A stretch of DNA of 32,000 nt, taken from positions 1 through 32,000 of the forward strand of contig JBFMHE010000023.1 of assembly GCA_040752355.1 (NCBI GenBank), in the 5' to 3' direction. The DNA comes from Nitrospirota bacterium. GTDB taxonomy: Bacteria; Nitrospirota; Thermodesulfovibrionia; Thermodesulfovibrionales; Dissulfurispiraceae. Made by a program: the position numbers and the translations under genes. Below, one piece after another: positions 14,541 through 23,776 of this stretch. Under the pieces are notes generated by a model. The model did not search any database. It worked only from the letters and a program-made list of their open reading frames with translations, and had not been told where the DNA came from. Numbering within the stretch: position 1 is the stretch's first letter; each line of letters opens with the position of its first letter.

Positions 14541-15005
14541 TTAATGCGATTTAATGTTGTGATGCGAAGCGGTCTTGCCCGTGTCGCCGCCGCAGGTGCT
14601 GCAGTACCCGAAGATTTCGAGGCTATGCCTCACCTTCTTGAACTTCTCCTTCTGGCAGAGCTCGTCCTGCAGCATCTCGAGGGTAGGGGAAAAGAACTCG
14701 ATGACCTTGCCGCACTTGATGCAGATCATATGGTCGTGATGGGCCTCCTCCGACACGCGCTCGTAGTGCGCATGCTTGTCGATCCGCTCGACCTCCTCGA
14801 TGAAGCCGCACTCGATGAGGAGGGGGATTGTCCGGTACACCGAGGCGCGGGACACCTTCGAGCCTTTCGTCTTGAGCCTGACGAAGAGCTCCTCGGGGTC
14901 GAAGTGGCCCTTGATGCTCATGATCTCGTCGATGATCTCGTCACGCCCCTTGGTGGCTTTGAGCCCCTTGGTGCAGAGGAACTCTCTGAACTTCTCCTTT
15001 GGCAT
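14541..15005 (-). CDS. fur: Fur-family transcriptional regulator
   Basis: Winged-helix segment SRASVYRTIPLLIECGFI, metal-site HHDHMICIKCGKVIEF and a second CxxC (CSTCGG). A GGGGGAGGTG SD is present, and the gene lies 17 nt downstream of feoB. Confidence 0.9.
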   Translation of the reverse strand: MPKEKFREFLCTKGLKATKGRDEIIDEIMSIKGHFDPEELFVRLKTKGSKVSRASVYRTIPLLIECGFIEEVERIDKHAHYERVSEEAHHDHMICIKCGKVIEFFSPTLEMLQDELCQKEKFKKVRHSLEIFGYCSTCGGDTGKTASHHNIKSH

Positions 15006-15022
15006 GCAATCACCTCCCCCGG

Positions 15023-17002
15023 CTATAGTGCGACATTGAAATAACGCAGCAACCAGTTCAGTGCCCCGCCGAAGAGAAAGGCGAGGGGAAAAACGATGCC
15101 GATGACCCAGAGGGTCGTCTTCAAGCCCCGCTCTTTGATGATCATGAAGAAGCTGGCGAGGCAGGGAATGAACAGCGTTATGGTGACGAGACTCACCAGC
15201 GCCTGTATCGGCGTGAGCAGACCGTCCTCGAAGAGCTTGAAGAGTCCTGCCGCACCGTAATCCCTCCGCAGGAAGCCGAGGATGAAGGACTCCGTCGTCT
15301 TCTCGGGAAGGCCGAGGAGCGTAACGACGACGGGCGAGGCGATCTCCTGGAGCATCGCGATGAGATTCAGCTTATGGAGCAGGAAGAGGATGAGGGTGCC
15401 GAGGATGAAGAGCGGCACCGCCTCTTTCAGATACCACTCGATCCTGCCGAGGGTCTTTACGAGGATGTTGCCGATATTGGGCATACGGATCGGCGGTATC
15501 TCGAGGAAGAACTCGGTCCTCTCCCCGGGAACGAGCTTCGAGGCGAGGAAGCCCGAGATGAAGAGGATGACGATGATGCTGCTCATCCAGATGACGGCCG
15601 CTTTGAGCGAGAGCGCCCCCAATATGCCGAGGATGACTCCCAGCTGCGCCGAGCAGGGGATCGCGAGCGCGAGGAGAAAGGTCGTGATGATCCGGTCCCT
15701 CCTGGTCTCGAGGATACGCGAGGTCATGACCGCCATGGTGCCGCAGCCGAGGCCCAGGATCATCGGCAGCACCGCCTTGCCGTTGAGCCCCATGACATTG
15801 AAGACCCGGTTGCTCATGATGGCGAGCCGCGGGAGATAGCCGCTGTCCTCGAGGAGAGAGAAGGCGATGAAGAAGGTCGCAGTAATGGGCAGGATAATCG
15901 CGATCGCATAGGTGAGGGCGACCGTAATCAGCCCGTACTCTCCGACGAGCAGCTCCTGAACAATACCGATGGGAATCAGAAGCTGCACCACCTTGGTCGC
16001 CATCGGATTGATGTAGCCGTTGAAGAGCGTCTCCTCGAAGAAATCGACGAGCGTGCCGGCCCCGAAGACGCCGACGAACTGGTAGATGCCGTAGAGCACG
16101 CCGAGCAGGAGCGGAATGCCGTAGAGCGGATGCATGCTGATCCTGCCGATGAGGGCGAGGAGCTTGCCTCCCTCCGGCCCCGCTTTTCTGACGACGCTCC
16201 CGACGATCGCTTCCGCTGCCTCGATGCGGGCCTTGTTTATCACGTAGCCTGCCGGCTCTTTCATCGCGAGCTTGCATTCGTCGCGGAGCGCTTCTATTTC
16301 GAGGAGGGCGGCCTCTTTGAGATTGCTTTTCAGCCAGTCCCGCAGGCTCTCGTCTTCGGAAAGGACCATCACCGCAAGGGACCGCTGCGAGACGGCAGCG
16401 GAGGGGAGCAGCCGCCCGATCTTTTCGATATAGTCCTCGATGACCGGGTGATAGGTGATCCGGACCGTCGGCCTCCCGGGCGAGAGCATGGATTCCCGCA
16501 GCTCCTTGATCCCTTTACGCTGCGGGGCGATGGTGCTCACCACATTGATGCCGAGCATCTGCTTAAGCCGCTCGGTATCGATGGTAATGCCCTTGTCCAT
16601 CGCCTCATCGACCATGTTCAGGTCGAGGACGATCGGAATGCCCATCTCGGCGAGCTGGAGGGTTATCATGAGGGTCCTCTTGAGATTTTTTGCGTCCCCT
16701 ACCTGCACCACGGCCGAGGGGGCCTCGGTCAGGAGGATATCCCGCGTCACCTTCTCGTCCTCGCTCATGGGGATGAGGCTGTTGACGCCGGGGGTATCGA
16801 CGAGGACGAGACGTTTACCGTCGAGGGCGATATTGCCCTGGGTGATCTCGACGGTCGTCCCCGGGTAATTGGACACGGTCACGTACTTGCCGGTGAGGAG
16901 GCCGAAAATAACGCTCTTGCCCACGTTGGGATTGCCGATGAGCGCAATTTTCTCGAGCTCGCCGTGCTGCTTCTTCGCCTTTACCGCTGCTGCCTCTGCT
17001 TT
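15023..17002 (-). CDS. feoB: Ferrous iron transporter FeoB, second copy (~660 aa)
   Basis: G-domain with GNPNVGKSV, DTPGVNSL and NMVD, plus a polytopic membrane domain. I prefer the TTG at 17002, which has AGGAGG 4 nt upstream. The maximal ORF reaches 17056, but that TTG would sit at or upstream of the predicted transcription start. Confidence 0.9.
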   Translation of the reverse strand, partial: KAEAAAVKAKKQHGELEKIALIGNPNVGKSVIFGLLTGKYVTVSNYPGTTVEITQGNIALDGKRLVLVDTPGVNSLIPMSEDEKVTRDILLTEAPSAVVQVGDAKNLKRTLMITLQLAEMGIPIVLDLNMVDEAMDKGITIDTERLKQMLGINVVSTIAPQRKGIKELRESMLSPGRPTVRITYHPVIEDYIEKIGRLLPSAAVSQRSLAVMVLSEDESLRDWLKSNLKEAALLEIEALRDECKLAMKEPAGYVINKARIEAAEAIVGSVVRKAGPEGGKLLALIGRISMHPLYGIPLLLGVLYGIYQFVGVFGAGTLVDFFEETLFNGYINPMATKVVQLLIPIGIVQELLVGEYGLITVALTYAIAIILPITATFFIAFSLLEDSGYLPRLAIMSNRVFNVMGLNGKAVLPMILGLGCGTMAVMTSRILETRRDRIITTFLLALAIPCSAQLGVILGILGALSLKAAVIWMSSIIVILFISGFLASKLVPGERTEFFLEIPPIRMPNIGNILVKTLGRIEWYLKEAVPLFILGTLILFLLHKLNLIAMLQEIASPVVVTLLGLPEKTTESFILGFLRRDYGAAGLFKLFEDGLLTPIQALVSLVTITLFIPCLASFFMIIKERGLKTTLWVIGIVFPLAFLFGGALNWLLRYFNVAL

Positions 17003-17040
17003 CAAAACGCCTCCTGCAGGAATCCGGGAACGCAATCCAG

Positions 17041-17091
17041 TGAGAATAAATCTCAATTACAATTGTAGAAAAGGTACGATGATTTAATCAA
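17041..17091 (-). promoter_or_regulatory. Promoter (TTGATT, 18-nt spacer, TACAAT) plus operator candidate TGAGAATAAATCTCA (copy 3) upstream of feoB-fur
   Basis: On the minus strand, -35 is at 17086-17091 and -10 at 17062-17067. The palindrome at 17041-17055 starts 6 nt downstream of the -10. It has the 7-1-7 layout of Fur-family boxes. Confidence 0.6.
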
Positions 17092-17239
17092 GCGGAAAAT
17101 GCCGGTCCGGTCCAATCTTGTCTTCTGCGACCGGTATCCTGTATCCTGTCTAGAGTGGTGTTGTTACTGCTTGCAATTTGCCGTTATGCCGAAAGAGCAG
17201 TGAATATCGGGGAAAAAGCCATAAAGTTAAGGATAAACG

Positions 17240-18373
17240 ATGTCTAAACCGCAGGCGCTCATCTTCCGTCTTCTTGCCGTGCTTTTCACGATAGCCGTTC
17301 TGGCCCCTGAAACGACTGCCCAGGACCCTCCCAGGGGGCCGGCGAAGGGCCTTTCCGGCGCTGCCGGGGCCGTGACGGTGCGCATCGGCAAACATCCCGG
17401 CTTCATGCGGATTGTGCTCGAAGCGACCGAAGAGCAGGTGCAGAATGCCTCGGTGATGTTCTCCGGAGAGAGCGCCGTCAAAGTGGTCTTCCCCTCGCCC
17501 GTCGCCTTCAGAGTGGTCCAGAAAGGCGCTTCCCAGAAGACCCTGCCGCCGGGGAGCAAGATACCCCATGAGGCGGAGAAGGGAGTCAGGATCACGGCAG
17601 GGGGGACGTACTGCGTGATCGTTATCGACGGGCTCGATGATATCAGTGTCTCGAAATTCTCGGCGCCCTCGCGCCTCGTCATCGACGCCTACACGGTCCA
17701 GGCCGCCCCGCCTCCTGCGCCGAGCGCGCCCGCAGCGCCTGCAGAGCGGCCCGCAGGCGAGCGGATGGTCGAGAGCGCCGCTGGTGTGATCGAGGCGCTC
17801 GATATTCCGTATTCGTCGTTCGTTATCGATGCAGGGCATGGCGGTCTCGACAGCGGCATGCAGTTCGGCAAGGCCGCTGAAAAGGATATCGCACTCTCCT
17901 TTGCGAGAGACCTCGCCGCGGTGCTGGGCAAGAAGGCGAAGAAGGTCTCCCTTACCCGGAAAGGAGACCAGGTCATGACGATACGGGAGCGGGTCAGGAT
18001 AGCGCAGCAGAAGGCGCCCGAGCTGCTGATCAGTTTCCATGTCGCCTCCGGGAACGAGCTGGTCGTCTACACGGCGGCGAAGAGGGCGGGGGGGCAGGCT
18101 GGCGGTGTTCAGAAGAGGCTGCTGACGGCCGAAGGCGACCCGGCTGCGGCGTTCGCCCGGGCGCTCGTACAAAGCGTCAGGAGCGAGTGCAAGGTAGAGG
18201 CCCGGCATGAGCGGCTCCCGCTGCCGCTCCTCACGCATACTGCGGCGCCGGCGCTCCTGGTGGAGCTCCCCAGCCCCGAGCGGTTCAGCTACGACGGGAA
18301 AAACAAGGCGAGGCTTATCAAGGCGATCCTCCACGGCATCGCAGCGGTCCCGATGAACCAGAGCCAGGGGTAG
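17240..18373 (+). CDS. N-acetylmuramoyl-L-alanine amidase (Amidase_3) with an N-terminal AMIN domain
   Basis: Signal peptide, an AMIN-like segment (VTVRIGKHPGFMRIVLE...SRLVIDAY), a Pro/Ala linker, then VIDAGHGGLDSG, AEKDIAL, LISFHVAS and LLVELPS, the amidase_3 landmarks. Confidence 0.85.
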   Translation: MSKPQALIFRLLAVLFTIAVLAPETTAQDPPRGPAKGLSGAAGAVTVRIGKHPGFMRIVLEATEEQVQNASVMFSGESAVKVVFPSPVAFRVVQKGASQKTLPPGSKIPHEAEKGVRITAGGTYCVIVIDGLDDISVSKFSAPSRLVIDAYTVQAAPPPAPSAPAAPAERPAGERMVESAAGVIEALDIPYSSFVIDAGHGGLDSGMQFGKAAEKDIALSFARDLAAVLGKKAKKVSLTRKGDQVMTIRERVRIAQQKAPELLISFHVASGNELVVYTAAKRAGGQAGGVQKRLLTAEGDPAAAFARALVQSVRSECKVEARHERLPLPLLTHTAAPALLVELPSPERFSYDGKNKARLIKAILHGIAAVPMNQSQG

Positions 18374-18404
18374 GGGGACAAGAGGTCGCTCGCGACGGCC
18401 GCTT

Positions 18405-19046
18405 ATGGAGAACAAGAAATACATAGTCATCGCCGTAGTGCTCCTGATCGTTGCAGGCGCTGCCGGGTGGCTTGCCACGCAGTACTACTTCTCGCCCGGC
18501 AGTGCAGGCCCCCTGTCGGTCCTGACGCAGGGCGAAGGGCTGTCCAGGCCGCACGGGAGCGCTGCCGCCGGTCCTGAAGCCGGGGGAGAGGCCGGACTGC
18601 ACGCGGACACCGATGCCGTCCCGGTCAAGATATTCACCCCCTCGGCGGGGAGTGTCGCCGTGGAAGAGGTGCAGGTCCCGAACAACCCGGTACCGGTGAA
18701 GATGGCCGAGACCGTTCTTGCGGAGTATTTCAAGCGGCTGAAGAACGGCCCCCGGGACATCAAGGTGCTCGGCGTCTACCGCGACAGGAGAAATACGCTC
18801 TACGTCGACCTCTCCGATGATTTCCGGAGAAAATTCTCGGGGGATGCACGGGAAGAGTATACCCTGCTCGGCTCCCTCTTCGATACGATCGTCACCAACG
18901 TCATCGGAGTCGAAGATGTCCGGCTGCTGATAGAGGGAAAAGAGGTCGAGAGCGCCGGAGGACATTTCAGCATCCTTTCTCCGCTGAAAGAACTAGTGAA
19001 AGAGGAGCATAACGAGGATACCCCGCAGCACCCGGCGAGCTCGTGA
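18405..19046 (+). CDS. GerMN domain-containing membrane-anchored protein
   Basis: N-terminal TM helix followed by a GerMN-like region (VLGVYRDRRNTLYVDLSDDF...VEDVRLLIEGKEVESAGGHFSI). Confidence 0.75.
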   Translation: MENKKYIVIAVVLLIVAGAAGWLATQYYFSPGSAGPLSVLTQGEGLSRPHGSAAAGPEAGGEAGLHADTDAVPVKIFTPSAGSVAVEEVQVPNNPVPVKMAETVLAEYFKRLKNGPRDIKVLGVYRDRRNTLYVDLSDDFRRKFSGDAREEYTLLGSLFDTIVTNVIGVEDVRLLIEGKEVESAGGHFSILSPLKELVKEEHNEDTPQHPASS

Positions 19047-19077
19047 CCCGTACGCCGGTCATGATCGAGGACAGGGG

Positions 19078-19908
19078 ATGCGGGCTCTCCGCGCCGAACA
19101 AGCATCCATGAAGAACTGTTCAGCCCCCATAGGTATTTTTGATTCAGGCATCGGCGGTCTCACGGTCCTCAAGGAGATATCCCGGATACTGCCGCAGGAG
19201 CGTATCATCTATCTCGGCGATACGGCGCGCGTCCCGTACGGCATCCGCTCTCCCGAGACCGTAACGCGCTATTCTTTCGAGTGCAGCGGGTTCCTGATAC
19301 AGCAGGAGATAAAGCTCCTCGTGGTAGCCTGCAATACGGTGTCCGCCATCAGCCTCGCTTCGATCCGTGAGAATGTTTCGATTCCCGTGATCGGCGTCAT
19401 CGAGCCCGGTGCCCGGGCCGCGGCAGCAGCGACGCGGAGCGGCAAGATCGGCATCATAGGAACGGAAACCACTATACGGAGCAGCGCCTATGTCAAAGCC
19501 ATTCAGGCGCTGGATAAGGACCTGGAGGCCTTCGGCATGGCCTGCCCGCTCTTCGTCCCCCTTGTCGAAGAGGGTTGGACCGACGGCCCCATCGCCCGTA
19601 TGGTGGTGGAGAAGTACCTGTCCGGCATGGTCGACAAGGAAGTGGATACGCTCGTTCTCGGCTGCACCCATTACCCGTTGCTCAAGGGCGTCATCCAGGA
19701 GGTCATGGGAGAGGTCCGCCTGATCGATTCCGCTGTCGAGACGGCGCTGGTGGTGCAGCGCATGCTCGCCGACACGGACCTGCTCGGGCCGAGCGGAGAC
19801 CCGGCCCCGACGAGATTCTTCGTGACCGACTCGCCGGATAAGTTCATCGCCGTCGGCGAGCGGTTCCTGCAGAAGAGGATCGAGGACATAGACAAGATAT
19901 CGTTATAG
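19078..19908 (+). CDS. murI: Glutamate racemase
   Basis: IGIFDSGIGGLTVLKEI, VVACNTVS and LGCTHYPLL (the two catalytic Cys motifs). An alternative start is at 19108. Confidence 0.93.
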   Translation: MRALRAEQASMKNCSAPIGIFDSGIGGLTVLKEISRILPQERIIYLGDTARVPYGIRSPETVTRYSFECSGFLIQQEIKLLVVACNTVSAISLASIRENVSIPVIGVIEPGARAAAAATRSGKIGIIGTETTIRSSAYVKAIQALDKDLEAFGMACPLFVPLVEEGWTDGPIARMVVEKYLSGMVDKEVDTLVLGCTHYPLLKGVIQEVMGEVRLIDSAVETALVVQRMLADTDLLGPSGDPAPTRFFVTDSPDKFIAVGERFLQKRIEDIDKISL

Positions 19909-19990
19909 TGCCGGGTGTTGTCGAGGCATACGTTAACCACAGGATTCAGGAACTTTTACAGTAAATACGGTACCTGCAACGGAGGTGTGA

Positions 19991-20701
19991 ATGAGGCCCG
20001 ACGGACGAAGGAATGACGAGTTGCGAGCGGTGAAGATCACCCGGAATTTCATTGCTACGGCAGAGGGGTCAGTGCTGATCGAGGTCGGCAAGACGCGGGT
20101 CATCTGCACCGCATCGATAGAGGAAAAGGTGCCGCCGTTCCTGAGAGACCAGAAGAAGGGGTGGGTCACCGCTGAGTACGGAATGCTCCCCCGGTCGACA
20201 CAGAACAGAATGATGCGGGAGTCCACATCCGGTAAAGTGGGGGGGCGGACCCAGGAGATCCAGCGGCTGATCGGCAGGGCGCTCAGGGCCGTCGTCGACC
20301 TCAGGCTGCTCGGAGAGCGGACGGTATGGATGGACTGCGATGTCATTCAAGCCGACGGCGGCACGAGGACGGCATCGATCACCGGTGCTTATGTAGCCTT
20401 CAGCGATGCCATAAAGTATGCCATGGCAAAAGGCATGATCGACAAGAGCCCGATAAAGGATTTCCTCGCGGCTGTCAGCGTCGGGATCATCGAGAACGAG
20501 GCGCGGCTCGATCTCTGCTATGCCGAAGACGCCGCCGCCGAAGTCGATATGAACGTCGTCATGACCGGGAGCGGAAAGATCGTTGAAATACAGGGCACTG
20601 CGGAGTCGCAGGTCTTTTCACGGCAGATGCTCGACACGATGCTGTCCCTGGCCGAAAAAGGCATAGGTGAGCTGATCGCCCTCCAGAAAGGGATAGTTTA
20701 G
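19991..20701 (+). CDS. rph: Ribonuclease PH
   Basis: [20 protein letters not shown]...[17 protein letters not shown]...[12 protein letters not shown] is the canonical RNase PH sequence. A GGAGGTG SD is present. Confidence 0.95.
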   Translation: MRPDGRRNDELRAVKITRNFIATAEGSVLIEVGKTRVICTASIEEKVPPFLRDQKKGWVTAEYGMLPRSTQNRMMRESTSGKVGGRTQEIQRLIGRALRAVVDLRLLGERTVWMDCDVIQADGGTRTASITGAYVAFSDAIKYAMAKGMIDKSPIKDFLAAVSVGIIENEARLDLCYAEDAAAEVDMNVVMTGSGKIVEIQGTAESQVFSRQMLDTMLSLAEKGIGELIALQKGIV

Positions 20702-20780
20702 TATAGATATGGTAAAATAAAGAAAAAATGTACCTTTCGTGCATAACGTAGCCAGTAAAGAAGATAAAGGAAGATGAACG

Positions 20781-22640
<1,860 letters not shown>

Positions 22641-22648
22641 TCCCAGGC

Positions 22649-22690
22649 CCGGGGCAGGTGAAGCTGAGAGAGAATCTCTATCTGCCCCGG
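22649..22690 (+). other. Nested hairpin in the ftsH-folP spacer
   Basis: CCGGGGCAG (22649-22657) pairs with CTGCCCCGG (22682-22690). Inside is TGAGAGAGAATCTCT (22665-22679), containing AGAGA-A-TCTCT. No T-tract follows. Confidence 0.5.
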
Positions 22691-22698
22691 TAAACAGA

Positions 22699-23553
22699 AT
22701 GAAACTCTCGTGGGCGAGCTTCTGCCTCGACTTCAGTAAGAAGACCTATATCATGGGGGTGCTCAACGCCACCCCCGATTCCTTTTCCGACGGCGGCCGC
22801 TATTTCGACCGGGAGCGGGCCGTGGATCATGCCTATCGGCTCATAGAGGACGGTGCGGATATCCTCGATATCGGCGGTGAGTCGACGCGGCCCGGCTCGG
22901 AGCCGGTCCCGGTCGATGAAGAGATACGGCGGACCGTGCCGGTCATCGAGGCTGTTGCGCGGAAGATCACCGTCCCCCTCTCGATCGATACCCGCAAGGC
23001 GGAGGTCGCGCGGCGCGCGCTCGACGCCGGGGCCTCGATGGTGAACGATATCAGCGGCCTCAGGTTCGATCCCGCTATGCCGGAGGTGGTCGCTGCCGCC
23101 CGCGTCCCGGTCGTGCTCATGCATATCAAGGGGAAACCGGAGGATATGCAGCAGCATCCTGTTTACGAGGCCCTCATCCCCGAGATCATGGATTACCTCA
23201 GGACCGGGATACGCATCGCCGGCGATGCCGGCATTCCGGAGGAGATGGTCCTCATCGATCCCGGGATCGGGTTCGGGAAGACCTTTGACCATAACCTCGA
23301 AATCCTCAACAGACTGCGTGAATTTTCCGGGTTGGGAAGACCGATTGTCATGGGAGTATCGAGAAAGGCCTTTATCGGCAAGATACTCGATAACGCCCCC
23401 GCAGCGGAGCGGGTCGAAGGCACGGCGGCAGCGGTCGCGATCTCGATAGCCAACGGAGCGCATATAGTCCGGGTGCACGACGTGAAGGAGATGGCGAAGG
23501 TCGCGAAGGTCGCCGATGCGATAACGAGAATGCGGATGCCTGTCACGGCCTGA
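22699..23553 (+). CDS. folP: Dihydropteroate synthase
   Basis: IMGVLNATPDSFSDGG, GADILDIGGESTRPG, SIDT and DPGIGFGK motifs. Start taken at 22699, not the track start, which overlaps ftsH. Confidence 0.94.
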   Translation: MKLSWASFCLDFSKKTYIMGVLNATPDSFSDGGRYFDRERAVDHAYRLIEDGADILDIGGESTRPGSEPVPVDEEIRRTVPVIEAVARKITVPLSIDTRKAEVARRALDAGASMVNDISGLRFDPAMPEVVAAARVPVVLMHIKGKPEDMQQHPVYEALIPEIMDYLRTGIRIAGDAGIPEEMVLIDPGIGFGKTFDHNLEILNRLREFSGLGRPIVMGVSRKAFIGKILDNAPAAERVEGTAAAVAISIANGAHIVRVHDVKEMAKVAKVADAITRMRMPVTA

Positions 23554-23575
23554 CATACCTTCACTATGTCCGGGT

Positions 23576-23747
23576 TACGGCATGGAGTGATCGGCTTTCG
23601 TCGGACGTGTCTGGGTTCTCTAGGGGCAAAGCAGGGTCTTGCCCCACGCCCTTGGTCATTCCTGAAGGCTGCATATTCTCTCTCAGATATCGAATTGGAG
23701 CAAACGGCTAATTCACGTCCGACGAAAGCCGATCACTCCATGCCGTA
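23576..23747. repeat. 172-bp element bounded by perfect 34-bp inverted repeats (MITE-like or long hairpin)
   Basis: TACGGCATGGAGTGATCGGCTTTCGTCGGACGTG at 23576-23609 is the exact reverse complement of 23714-23747. The 104-nt interior contains a GGGGCAA/TTGCCCC hairpin. The terminal TA on both ends could be a TA target duplication. Confidence 0.8.
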
Positions 23748-23776
23748 GTGCTATTTTTCATCCGAAAGGAGCGCTT

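Noticed and set aside
17041-17067. Possible classical 19-bp Fur box (GATAATGATAATCATTATC) upstream of the second feoB.
   Set aside because: The best alignment I could make (GTAATTGAGATTTATTCTC) matches only 11/19 positions. The recurrent signal in this locus is the TGAGA-N5-TCTCA palindrome, which I report instead.
23610-23713. The 104-bp core between the 34-bp inverted repeats as a phase-variable invertible promoter for pepN.
   Set aside because: No recombinase or invertase gene is in the window, the internal promoter-like hexamers are weak, and one sequence cannot show both orientations. It is kept only as an alternative within the MITE/hairpin finding.
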